From positions 1-64,000 of IMG/VR virus record IMGVR_UViG_3300037067_007020: a stretch of DNA of 64,000 bases; one strand, given 5' to 3'. The notes under the pieces were generated by a model, which did no database searches, was not told the origin of the DNA, and saw only the letters and a list, made by a program, of their open reading frames with translations. The translations under genes were made by a program, and so were the position numbers. The stretch is from a virus (Duplodnaviria; Caudoviricetes). This document shows, piece by piece, positions 40,639 through 50,426 of this stretch (position 1 is the stretch's first letter; each line of letters starts with the position of its first letter).

Positions 40639-41301
40639 TTAGTTCATAAAAAATATTTTTACACAAACTCCACTGTTTTCAACCATTCGTGTGCAATTTA
40701 TCCCATCGGTTTTTGGTTCTCCTGTTGATATATTTACACAGTCAGAAGTATTGGCAATTCCTGGGTCAGCAAAAACAGAGAATTTGGATGTGTCTACATA
40801 TTCTAAATATATACCTATTCTTCTTCCTGTACTAGTGTGATCTAATTGCCAAGAATCAGAATGTTCTATATTAACCTTAATTGTTTTGCCCGAAATCATT
40901 CCGTCTATACTGTCAGCATAAACAGATGAGGATTTGGCATCGTTATAATCATTTCTTGTTATCTGATTTGTAGAAACCAGATTAATAATGTTTGGTTTAG
41001 TATTCATTCCATGATTAAAAATATGTGAACCGGGAGTATCAATATAAATCCAATCAGATTCCCAAGTATTAAAAATTTCGTTAGTCGATTTAAACTCAGA
41101 TAAAATCGAAAGATCGTCTATTGTCAAAGGTCCTATGTTAACACCAGAAACTAAATCTGAACTATCGGTTCCGTTGTGTGAATGATTGTAAAGAGTTTCC
41201 TGTTCCAAATAATAATGATTGTAATTTTGAAAACTCTGTGAATCAAAAACTTTGCCTTCGCTTAGTCCAGAAATATGTGTTTGTTCTATATAAGTACTCA
41301 T
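40639..41301 (-). CDS. Small tail fibre-like protein, HxH paralogue 3
   Basis: NYNHYYLE...HSHNG; W.SDW. Confidence 0.55.
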   Translation of the reverse strand: MSTYIEQTHISGLSEGKVFDSQSFQNYNHYYLEQETLYNHSHNGTDSSDLVSGVNIGPLTIDDLSILSEFKSTNEIFNTWESDWIYIDTPGSHIFNHGMNTKPNIINLVSTNQITRNDYNDAKSSSVYADSIDGMISGKTIKVNIEHSDSWQLDHTSTGRRIGIYLEYVDTSKFSVFADPGIANTSDCVNISTGEPKTDGINCTRMVENSGVCVKIFFMN

Positions 41302-41325
41302 TTTTATTTTCCTCTTTAGAATGTT

Positions 41326-41889
41326 TTAAAACAAACAAACTATTCTGCAATAACAATTCTCAGTCATTCCTGTATAAAACAAAGATGTTCCTGCTGAATC
41401 TTTTCCTTCGTTAAACTGAACCGTAACTGAATCAAAATTTATATCATAACAATAAAATCCTCTAGTTTGAAAACTTCCTCCGTTAGAATTTTTCATATCT
41501 AATTGAGCAATCTGATAACGTACGGGAGGATTTATTGTTCCGTCTGCTATTTGACACTGAACTAATTTTGGGAATTTTTGTGCATTGTGAGCAAATACAG
41601 TAGCGTTTGTTTTGTCAACAGAAGTCCAATCTGATATATATAAATACCCTCCGTCTTCAATTAATCCCAATAATTTCGATAAGGTAAGATTAGTACTTTT
41701 TATAGTGTCTGTAACAAAAGGTCCGTGGTTTACTGTATTCTTCAATTCTCCACCATTTCCATAATTGTTATGATCATGTTCTTCGACTATTATAGTATTG
41801 AGGTATTCATGATTTTTATTTTCATAAAAACCATTGATTACGTCGCCTTTTTTATAAATATATGGTATGTTTGTTCCTGTAGCTACCAT
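41326..41889 (-). CDS. Small tail fibre-like protein, HxH paralogue 2
   Basis: NKNHEYLN...HDHN; Y.SDW. Confidence 0.55.
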   Translation of the reverse strand: MVATGTNIPYIYKKGDVINGFYENKNHEYLNTIIVEEHDHNNYGNGGELKNTVNHGPFVTDTIKSTNLTLSKLLGLIEDGGYLYISDWTSVDKTNATVFAHNAQKFPKLVQCQIADGTINPPVRYQIAQLDMKNSNGGSFQTRGFYCYDINFDSVTVQFNEGKDSAGTSLFYTGMTENCYCRIVCLF

Positions 41890-41906
41890 TGTTTTTCCTT
41901 TTTTTT

Positions 41907-42461
41907 CTAAACTAAAAGTAATATTCTGTACATATATAAAGGACTTGCAGTATAAAATCCTATTTTTAGTGTTAATTCTGTCGCAGATATATCTCCTATC
42001 TGCGCTCCGTATTCGTAAACAACATCATAATGTTCGCTACGATAGTTGTTGCTCCACGAATTTTTAACTCCAACGTCTCCTTCGCTTTCAGCAACTTCTT
42101 CTTGCAAAAAAGAAAATGTCGGTATTATACCTAAAGTATGTTTGATAGTTTTCCAATAATAACATACGTTTTTGTTTGGACGATCTGGATATACTTTAGT
42201 AAAACCATCTTCTGAGTCAAACTGTTTCCATCCACTATCCCAATGTTTAATCGTGTCTTCAATATTAACTTTGTTTTTTATAATCAAACTATCTGTAGTA
42301 AATACTCCTGATACACTAGCTTCTTCTAAAGGAGAACCAAAACTACCGTCATGTGTATGATACCATAAGTTTCTTTCAAGAAATTTGTGATTAACATTTT
42401 CATTTTTGTAGTCAACAAATTTATCGTCTTCGTATATGTGAGGTATTTTGTCGTATGTCAT
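41907..42461 (-). CDS. Small tail fibre-like protein, HxH paralogue 1
   Basis: NVNHKFLE...HTHDG; WDSGW. Confidence 0.55.
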   Translation of the reverse strand: MTYDKIPHIYEDDKFVDYKNENVNHKFLERNLWYHTHDGSFGSPLEEASVSGVFTTDSLIIKNKVNIEDTIKHWDSGWKQFDSEDGFTKVYPDRPNKNVCYYWKTIKHTLGIIPTFSFLQEEVAESEGDVGVKNSWSNNYRSEHYDVVYEYGAQIGDISATELTLKIGFYTASPLYMYRILLLV

Positions 42462-42471
42462 GTATGTTTCC

Positions 42472-42999
42472 TTAAAAAACTATGTTATATTCTCCAATAA
42501 CTACTTCGTTATTGTTTTTAAAAAAATCAAATCCAGTTGTTCTACAAAATAGTAAAGGAGACTCTCCACTAAGTCCAGTCATTACTAATCCTAGTTCTCT
42601 CCAATTTCCTACGTGTTGACCAGAAGGAGATGCAAAGGTAAGTTTCATGATTCTTTTCGTTTGAGCATAATTTGTTTCCCATGTATTATTGTCAATGTCA
42701 GATATAAAATTATTTACAGTATCTTCTGTGTCATTTATTTGTCTTATTGTTGTTCGGTTTGCTGTATCGTACATTGAACTAAAAACGGTTTTAGGATTTT
42801 CTTGTTCGTCAGAATATCCTACTATAAATTTATTAATTTTTCTTGTGTCCAAATATCCACTAACAAAATTTTGTTTAAACATTTTAGACTCTATCAGTTC
42901 AACAAACTGATCAACAATAACATTTGAAGAATTAATTTCCTCAACTAAATTGTTATTTTCATCATATTTTTTAAACGAAAAAAATCCGCCTATATTCAT
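42472..42999 (-). CDS. Baseplate/tail-fibre attachment protein
   Basis: N.IV...G...W.ELGL...LF.R...K...Y.I.F pattern; paralogous to 43011-43766. Confidence 0.55.
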   Translation of the reverse strand: MNIGGFFSFKKYDENNNLVEEINSSNVIVDQFVELIESKMFKQNFVSGYLDTRKINKFIVGYSDEQENPKTVFSSMYDTANRTTIRQINDTEDTVNNFISDIDNNTWETNYAQTKRIMKLTFASPSGQHVGNWRELGLVMTGLSGESPLLFCRTTGFDFFKNNNEVVIGEYNIVF

Positions 43000-43010
43000 T
43001 TTAATTCCTT

Positions 43011-43766
43011 TTAAAAAAACAAACTATATTTTACACACTGTCTTACACCTTTGGCTTTAAACATTGGAGGTAAAACAGTACGAGAAAATAAATATCTTTG
43101 TCCATTAAAATAAGCCACTAAAGACACGTTATTCCATTTTTTGTTATTATCAACATCATTTAACCATCCATCTATTTCTACTGTCTGTATTTTTATATCT
43201 TCATAAGAAGATTTGTTTCTAAACATTGAAGATATTAAATTTTTGCTATATCCTTCAGTAGACAAAAGATTTTCCGCTTTAACATATGATTTGTTCGAAA
43301 CTAGGTTCATTGAAGTTCCTATGAGATTTTTTCCTGTAATTGCTGTATATAAATTGTTTTTTAGCTTATGTCCTACCATGACCGTATTTTCTCTTGGTGC
43401 TTCCTCTGCATTATAAGAAACCGTCTCAACAAAACCTTCGTTAGATAAAACAATGCCATTTAATATAATCATATTGTTATCAATTTTAAAAAATTCGCTT
43501 CCTATATCTATTTCAATTATTTCTTCATCTGTTTGTGTATTTAGTCCTAAATAACTATCCGTTGTTAATGTAAAATTTCTTCCAGTACCTATTCTAAATT
43601 TCCAATCCATAACAGGAACATAGTTATTTAAAAGACACATAGCAATTAACGATGTTCCTTCATTTGTAATTGTATTAGGAACATTAAATTCTTCATATGA
43701 TACATTGTTTGTATCTATGTTGTTGATTGTAAAAACTCCTTGTATTTTATTATTTTCTTTAAACAT
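43011..43766 (-). CDS. Baseplate/tail-fibre attachment protein
   Basis: NTITNEG, IGTG, LFSRTV...K...Y.L.F. Confidence 0.55.
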   Translation of the reverse strand: MFKENNKIQGVFTINNIDTNNVSYEEFNVPNTITNEGTSLIAMCLLNNYVPVMDWKFRIGTGRNFTLTTDSYLGLNTQTDEEIIEIDIGSEFFKIDNNMIILNGIVLSNEGFVETVSYNAEEAPRENTVMVGHKLKNNLYTAITGKNLIGTSMNLVSNKSYVKAENLLSTEGYSKNLISSMFRNKSSYEDIKIQTVEIDGWLNDVDNNKKWNNVSLVAYFNGQRYLFSRTVLPPMFKAKGVRQCVKYSLFF

Positions 43767-43770
43767 TTTT

Positions 43771-46700
43771 TTAAATCTCGATTTGTTGAATTTTAGATAC
43801 CTGAGAAGCGTTTTTAATTATATCATATCTGCTTTTTATTTGGTCTTCTGTTAATATTCCGCTATGCATTGCAATCGTATCTATATAAACAGCAGTCGAA
43901 CCATTGTACAGATTAACGGTGTGTGTATCAGTAGCAAATCTTCCTATTTCTAAAGGTAAAGTCAGATCATCCCCAGCTTCTACAAAAGTACTATTGGCAG
44001 GAAGAGAAACTGTTTCTCCTACATATGTTCCGTCTATATAAACTTTTCCAGAAACATCGTTTCTTATAAAAGCATAATAATGCCATTTTCCGTCATCTAT
44101 CGGACCACCTATTATGTCTTGAACTGCCAGTGATGTGTTATAATTGGTTCCACTACATGTAAATGTAAAACTATAGTTTCCAAATAGTTGATGTATGCCT
44201 ATTTGATCAATAGTTTGGCCTGTTCTGCCTATGTTATAAAACATATCGTATGTTTGAAATCCAGCTAATGCTCCTGTATCATATTTCATGACAGTTTCTA
44301 GTGTATAAAAAGGATAGTTCATAAAATTTTGTCTTGGAGTTGTAAATGTTTCGGCCCAATCTGTTCCACAACCAGAAAAATAAATCGCATTTCCGTTTAT
44401 AAAACCAGTTGAGATTGTGCCACTAACAAGACTTCCTGCATACTGACCTATTACTTCATTTGTTACATACCCTGAAGTAAATGTTGTTGATAATGTATGT
44501 TTCAACTTTGTGTTATCTAAAATAGGAAGTGTTTCTTGTGTTGTTATGTTATATCTTTCAAGCTTTAAACCATAATCCAAACCTTTGTTATAGTGTCGAG
44601 TAGAATTATAATCTTTTGGTCTTTCGATTTTTTCAGAAACATCGTTCCAAAATTCTAAGGGATTATATTCCGTACTAGTTTTTCTCATAATATCAAACAA
44701 ATCTTTTAGCGTTTCGTCATATCTAGGTTCTTCGTTATTAAGATTAACATGGGTCTGAACAAGACCATTTTTGTAAGTATGACTAATGCTTACTGATGTA
44801 TTTTTTATTTCTGCATCCTCTGGAACTTTAGAGTTCCATTTAGTATTTGTGTTTCCAATTATGTTTTTATTATAAAAAGATTTGTCTTTCATTTGGTCAT
44901 GATAAAATCCTCTTATGTTGATAAGTTCGTTTCTTTTTAACGAAATGTCTCCAAATGGCAAATCAAATTCTATTGATTTAGAAGGAAATGCCGATTTATC
45001 AAGTTCTGAAAGAATAACTAAATCTGCTGCCGAATAACTTGTTATGTTGTTATCGTTAATAGTTTTCTTTCTTGAACCATATATTTCAACAGATTCTTGT
45101 ACCTTTCCCGTTCGTTTAACAAGAGTTTCTCTTTCGTCAGACCATTTAGAATCATAGTTTGCAACAAAAATAGCATTTTCAAATATAGGTTTGTTGGCAG
45201 AGTCTTTTTTTATGTTTGGCAATATGTCATTAAATATTATGTTATTGTTTGTTATTGTAACATCAGAATCGGAAAAATAATTAAATCCCATGTTATTAAT
45301 GCCGATTCCTGAAACAGTTGTTTCTACATTAGTTATGTTGTCAGGATAAATCCAAAATTGATCTTGATCTTCTCCTGTAGTATTAAAATTTGTAAATCCA
45401 TCTGGAGGGTTAAAATCTAGTCCAACAAACAAGTCTTTTCCGTTTGTCATTGTGTTTGTATACAATAAATCATAATTGCTGTTTGTGCTAGTTATTATTC
45501 TGCCTTTTAATCCGGCATTTGTTCCTTTAACTATCAAAAAATTCCAATCAGAATATGTTCCGCTTCCAATCATTGTTTCTTTTACGGGAAAATAAGAACT
45601 CCAAAATCCTGATAGATATGTATCATGATAATATTCAGACTCTTCTCCTGATGTTGCAACAAAATTCATTACATTAACACCTTCTACCATTCCTTGTGGA
45701 AGTGCATACAATTTCCAAGTTCCTGAAGAAGATGTTGTATCTATCGGATATTCTGTTGTAAGTTGTTTTGTATCATCAGAAAATATGTTTATGTTGTTAA
45801 AAGAAGACTTTCCTTCAATTCTTTCAACAACATTTCCTCCGATTAACTTAATTTCATTAATTATTTGAGAAGAATCTTGTGTTTTTTTAAAATTTTGTAT
45901 GTCATGTTTTCGATAATATACTTTATCTGGGTATGTGTTAGGTACTCTGAAGTAAAGTATTTCTTCGATGTCTCCATTTTCATTAATTCTAGGTTCTATC
46001 CAAAAATTAGCTCCAACTTGCTTGGCAATTCGGTCAATAGCATTAGGAATATTTTCTTCATTAAATATTATATACTCTATGTTCGATATATTAACTGGTT
46101 CGTCGGTTACATAGTTTCCATTTTCATCATAAGTTCCGCCAATAGATTCGTCCGTATACGAAACCCTAGTTCCTTTATAAAATTCATCTATTATATGTTT
46201 TACAATATCTTTTGCAGTTCTATTAATATAAACATAGTTGACTGTGTTATAATTAAGTTCGTGTAATGCATCTATAGCCTGAACCTGTAATATAGACGAA
46301 TCATCATCCGATTGTCCTACTTGTGTTACATTTCCAACAAATATTATGTCAGAAGAAAAATCAATAGAATTATTTTCGCTGTTACCAAAAACTGCTATCA
46401 TACAATCTGTATCTATTTCTCCAATTTCCTCGTATCTTCTTTTGTGTTGTAAATCTAGAGTAGATGCCGTTTTGTTTATTCCTAATTTTAAATTAATGTC
46501 ATCGATATCCATTGCAAGGTCTTTGTTTTGCATCCATTCTCTATTTGACCCAAAATAACGAATCGCAAGTTTGGATTGACCTTTGTTTAATTTTTTATTA
46601 TGCCCTTGAACAAATCTTTCGGGACAATATTTTCTGTTTCCGTTAATATAAACAGGAATGTTTGCTATTCTATAACCTTCCCCATTAGATTTATTCACAT

Positions 46701-48669
46701 AACCCATAATACGAATTAAACCCATTTGAGGACTATCTGAAAGAAGACTTGAAAAAGGAATTTTTGTCCGTATATAAAATTTTGTACTTCCATGAGGAGC
46801 TATTGTTCCTATAGAAAGTCTTTTTGCATAAAATTTAGAAATAATGTATTTTTCCATATCTGGGTCTATTGTCAATAGATTATCTAGGGCATCGTCTAGA
46901 TTTCCTAGATACTTTCCATTAAGAGTTTGACCTTCTAGTAGATATTGCATCATACTAACCCAATTGGAACGATCTTTGCTTATTTCTAAATATTTATACA
47001 ATTCTGAACTTGCTTTAACAAAATCCTGATATGTTTCTGTTGTTTGAAATCTCTGCATATAAGGAGGATTTACAACACTGACCGAGACATCTGTCATATA
47101 TTCCTCACTCGTATTAATAATTTCTACCTCTTCGTCATATCCTTGTCTTCCATAAGGACTGTCTTTCATTTCTATAGTCTGTTCTGGATTTATTTTTATA
47201 CAGTCGTTAAAAGACTCATAATGTAATTCTAACAACTGATTAAAATACAACCCAATTTCATTATAAGACTCATAACCAGTTTCTCTTATACTTGTGCCAA
47301 AATAAGGAAGACTAAAAAAATAATCTCTGTTTGTATCATTAAACGTATAAGAATTGTTCGTTAATGATTCGGACATATTAACTACTAGATTTTGTTGATA
47401 TGATGTATATGTATTCCCTATGTGCGGAACAAGTGTTATATACGACTGACCTTTTGTTCCTGCAAATATTCTAAACGGAGAAAAAATGTGAACTAAAGGA
47501 ATCATTCCTTGTCCAAATCCACCGTCAGGTCTTCCTTCTATTCCTTGCATTTTGTCTGTGAGATAATTCCATTTTCCGTTACATAACATTCCTCCGGGAT
47601 ACTGAGTTCCGTTGTTAACCAATGACGATTCAGCAGTCATTGATATGTCTGTGTCATATACTTGAAAATTTCCTCCACACCTTAATGCTATTGCTTTCAT
47701 TACTTTCCGTTCGGTATTGTTTGCATCATAATCAACGATTTTGCCTTCAACAACAATTCTTCCAAAAAAAGTATCTGCGTAATAGTCCATTTGACCACTA
47801 GGCAAAGAACCGTGTATTATTCCGGTTTTATTCCTAATTGAATCATATCCTACTTCTGCCCACTCAGCACCATTGTTTCTTACATACATTGTTTTTGTTT
47901 CGCCAGATGCTATTGTTCCTACTGATAATTTATATGTTCCACTAAACCAATTAATTTTATCTGCTGAAAATTCAAATTTATCTGACAAAACAGGAGTTTT
48001 TCCACTAGGACTGTTTAAAAATACCTCTGTTTCTGTTAATGAATTGTTAAATTTGTTTGTTATGTAAAAAGGAGTCCAAGGAGACTTAATGTCTGAGACA
48101 TAGGTAATTCCCGGAAGCATTATTTGTGATATGGACTCATAATCAACTCCATATTCTTCCCAGTACCCAGCTTTTTGGATTGTTCCGAACAAATTATTTT
48201 GCCCTATTGCAATATAGTCTCCTGTTGAATGACCACTTGTTCCAATCAAAAGTTCGACTAACTGTAACAGAGGTTGGTTATCCTGATTTCCAGAAACAGC
48301 GACTTTTAATTGATATATTCCAGACAATCCATTACTTCCCCCATCATAAGTGCTTTCTAATAAATTGTTGCCCGATGTTTGAGACACTGTTGTATTGGAC
48401 AAAGAAGTCCATGTTGTTCCATCAGAAGATATGTATGTCAGAATTTGATCATAATTTCCGTTAGAAGGAATGTTGTAATGACAATGAACCTTTGCATTTC
48501 CTCTTCCGTACCAAGCATCTCCTAGATTCCAAGTGTATGTTTCTCTTTCTGAAAGCGAAGTATCTAGGTTTCCGTCGGTAAGTTGTTGAACAGGATTTGC
48601 ACTACTGTTGTATCCTATAACATTAAATATAGCATCGGTATTCTGAGATTCTGTATAATATCTTGTCAT
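43771..48669 (-). CDS. Large tail-tip/hub protein with C-terminal LamG domain
   Basis: Follows Dit; hub-like F.G.V...V.A.D....L...A..I region; LamG motifs DGKWHY, VYIDG, IGR, ID.I.M...LT..QI. Confidence 0.8.
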   Translation of the reverse strand: MTRYYTESQNTDAIFNVIGYNSSANPVQQLTDGNLDTSLSERETYTWNLGDAWYGRGNAKVHCHYNIPSNGNYDQILTYISSDGTTWTSLSNTTVSQTSGNNLLESTYDGGSNGLSGIYQLKVAVSGNQDNQPLLQLVELLIGTSGHSTGDYIAIGQNNLFGTIQKAGYWEEYGVDYESISQIMLPGITYVSDIKSPWTPFYITNKFNNSLTETEVFLNSPSGKTPVLSDKFEFSADKINWFSGTYKLSVGTIASGETKTMYVRNNGAEWAEVGYDSIRNKTGIIHGSLPSGQMDYYADTFFGRIVVEGKIVDYDANNTERKVMKAIALRCGGNFQVYDTDISMTAESSLVNNGTQYPGGMLCNGKWNYLTDKMQGIEGRPDGGFGQGMIPLVHIFSPFRIFAGTKGQSYITLVPHIGNTYTSYQQNLVVNMSESLTNNSYTFNDTNRDYFFSLPYFGTSIRETGYESYNEIGLYFNQLLELHYESFNDCIKINPEQTIEMKDSPYGRQGYDEEVEIINTSEEYMTDVSVSVVNPPYMQRFQTTETYQDFVKASSELYKYLEISKDRSNWVSMMQYLLEGQTLNGKYLGNLDDALDNLLTIDPDMEKYIISKFYAKRLSIGTIAPHGSTKFYIRTKIPFSSLLSDSPQMGLIRIMGYVNKSNGEGYRIANIPVYINGNRKYCPERFVQGHNKKLNKGQSKLAIRYFGSNREWMQNKDLAMDIDDINLKLGINKTASTLDLQHKRRYEEIGEIDTDCMIAVFGNSENNSIDFSSDIIFVGNVTQVGQSDDDSSILQVQAIDALHELNYNTVNYVYINRTAKDIVKHIIDEFYKGTRVSYTDESIGGTYDENGNYVTDEPVNISNIEYIIFNEENIPNAIDRIAKQVGANFWIEPRINENGDIEEILYFRVPNTYPDKVYYRKHDIQNFKKTQDSSQIINEIKLIGGNVVERIEGKSSFNNINIFSDDTKQLTTEYPIDTTSSSGTWKLYALPQGMVEGVNVMNFVATSGEESEYYHDTYLSGFWSSYFPVKETMIGSGTYSDWNFLIVKGTNAGLKGRIITSTNSNYDLLYTNTMTNGKDLFVGLDFNPPDGFTNFNTTGEDQDQFWIYPDNITNVETTVSGIGINNMGFNYFSDSDVTITNNNIIFNDILPNIKKDSANKPIFENAIFVANYDSKWSDERETLVKRTGKVQESVEIYGSRKKTINDNNITSYSAADLVILSELDKSAFPSKSIEFDLPFGDISLKRNELINIRGFYHDQMKDKSFYNKNIIGNTNTKWNSKVPEDAEIKNTSVSISHTYKNGLVQTHVNLNNEEPRYDETLKDLFDIMRKTSTEYNPLEFWNDVSEKIERPKDYNSTRHYNKGLDYGLKLERYNITTQETLPILDNTKLKHTLSTTFTSGYVTNEVIGQYAGSLVSGTISTGFINGNAIYFSGCGTDWAETFTTPRQNFMNYPFYTLETVMKYDTGALAGFQTYDMFYNIGRTGQTIDQIGIHQLFGNYSFTFTCSGTNYNTSLAVQDIIGGPIDDGKWHYYAFIRNDVSGKVYIDGTYVGETVSLPANSTFVEAGDDLTLPLEIGRFATDTHTVNLYNGSTAVYIDTIAMHSGILTEDQIKSRYDIIKNASQVSKIQQIEI

Positions 48670-48681
48670 TATATTTCCTTG

Positions 48682-50388
48682 TTATATGTATCTATCTGTC
48701 CATTTAACTAGAAAATCTATATCTACTAAATTTTCGGAATCTGTGTTGATTGTCCATTTTGTATAATCATCGTTTTCTAAATAAACAAAATCTGTAATTG
48801 TTGTTGTTTTGTTTATTCTGTTTATATATATGTTGTTAGCATAATTGTCTTTTATTCCTGTAGAAATATCATATTCTTTAACAGTTTTTTCTAATGTGTC
48901 TATTTCTAAAAGATGATCTGATTCTAGTGTTCCAAAATATGATATTCTTCCTTCTTCTAAAGAACCAGACGAATAGTGTATAATGTCAAATCCATCTAAA
49001 TCGATTAGGCCTCTATTAATGACCTGAATACGAGGATAAATTTTATAATTTCCAGCTATTGGTATATTTCCTCCTGCTTTTGTATATTCTAAAAAATCAT
49101 TTGCATATAAAGAGCAACCACTTTGGTGTACTAACTGATCTGTTTTGTCTGTTAATGCTCTAGTAGCATATTGTGTATAATTAGAAACAAAACCCGATAT
49201 TTTATAAGTAAAATCTCCTCCGTCATTTAGACCTTTTATATACCCACTTATATCTCCTAAAGTTACAAATTGAGAAGCCGTAAAAACTTTGTCTTGTAAC
49301 AGAACATTTCGATAAATTCCTGAGTAAATAGGTTCATATGCTATTCCGTACAATCCACTAGGATGCCATGTATTTCGTGTATAAGCTGAATTAAAAGAGT
49401 TACCGTGGAGATAGTCTGCATTTAATAAATTAATGTCACCTGACACAGAATATTCGTTTATACCGCTCACAAGATTTTCTATTGTAGAATAGTCTTGATA
49501 TAAAAACTGTATTTCTGACAATCCTGATGTAAACATTATTTTATCAGAATCTATTGTCATTGTTCCGTTAAAATATGAACAAACTTTAAAATAATCGGTA
49601 TATGTTTTTATATAATCATCCGTTATTATTGCATATGCATTTGTTCCTCCTTGACCTGAATATGTAAAATTTCCTATCAATGAACGAGATATTTTGGGCT
49701 GATTGTATAAAGTATAAGATATGTTAGACTGATTGCCAGATACGCTAATTTCTGAACTAAAAATACATCCGCTTGTTTGAGTATCTACTATTTCGTAATA
49801 TCCTTCGTTTAGTCCTGATTGTATATAAAGTATTTTTCCTATGTCATTAGAATTAAATCCACTATAATTTTCTACATAATCTTGAGAAAAGAAATAATTT
49901 CCGCCATCTACTGTTCCATCTATACCAGTTTTATCTACACCAGCAACTAACATTTTAGGAACCTGTGAATACCAAAAAGGGTCAATAATGTCAAATTCTA
50001 TTGTTCCTCGAATATAAGTTCCCGCATATCCTAATTGTTCCGTAAGAGAATCCTTTTTATATGATACTTTAACATATCTCTTAGGAGGGTCAAAATACAA
50101 TTCAAGGGATTGATATGAAAGAAGAAGATGAATTTCTTGCATTATAGCATATATGTCTTCGTGTGTCGAAACAATAATTTCAACAGACATAGTTAATGTT
50201 TTTGGCATAAGACCACCATAAACTTCAAATCCACCGTCTCTTCCAAAAACAGTATATATTGACTTGTTTCGTTCTGGCATATCATACAATCCTTCTATAC
50301 CAGTTATATATACATCGTCTTTAAAAAGATAATAATTGAGTCTGTCTGGTGTTCTTAGTGTTATGTTGCTATATCTAGTTGCTCCCAT
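48682..50388 (-). CDS. Distal tail protein (Dit) with large insertion
   Basis: After tape measure; GRDG, L.FD.P.RY, I.F...DPFWY N-domain; W..RY C-terminus. Confidence 0.8.
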   Translation of the reverse strand: MGATRYSNITLRTPDRLNYYLFKDDVYITGIEGLYDMPERNKSIYTVFGRDGGFEVYGGLMPKTLTMSVEIIVSTHEDIYAIMQEIHLLLSYQSLELYFDPPKRYVKVSYKKDSLTEQLGYAGTYIRGTIEFDIIDPFWYSQVPKMLVAGVDKTGIDGTVDGGNYFFSQDYVENYSGFNSNDIGKILYIQSGLNEGYYEIVDTQTSGCIFSSEISVSGNQSNISYTLYNQPKISRSLIGNFTYSGQGGTNAYAIITDDYIKTYTDYFKVCSYFNGTMTIDSDKIMFTSGLSEIQFLYQDYSTIENLVSGINEYSVSGDINLLNADYLHGNSFNSAYTRNTWHPSGLYGIAYEPIYSGIYRNVLLQDKVFTASQFVTLGDISGYIKGLNDGGDFTYKISGFVSNYTQYATRALTDKTDQLVHQSGCSLYANDFLEYTKAGGNIPIAGNYKIYPRIQVINRGLIDLDGFDIIHYSSGSLEEGRISYFGTLESDHLLEIDTLEKTVKEYDISTGIKDNYANNIYINRINKTTTITDFVYLENDDYTKWTINTDSENLVDIDFLVKWTDRYI

Positions 50389-50426
50389 TGTTTAATCCTT
50401 GTTGGTTTAGTTGTACTGATACAGAA

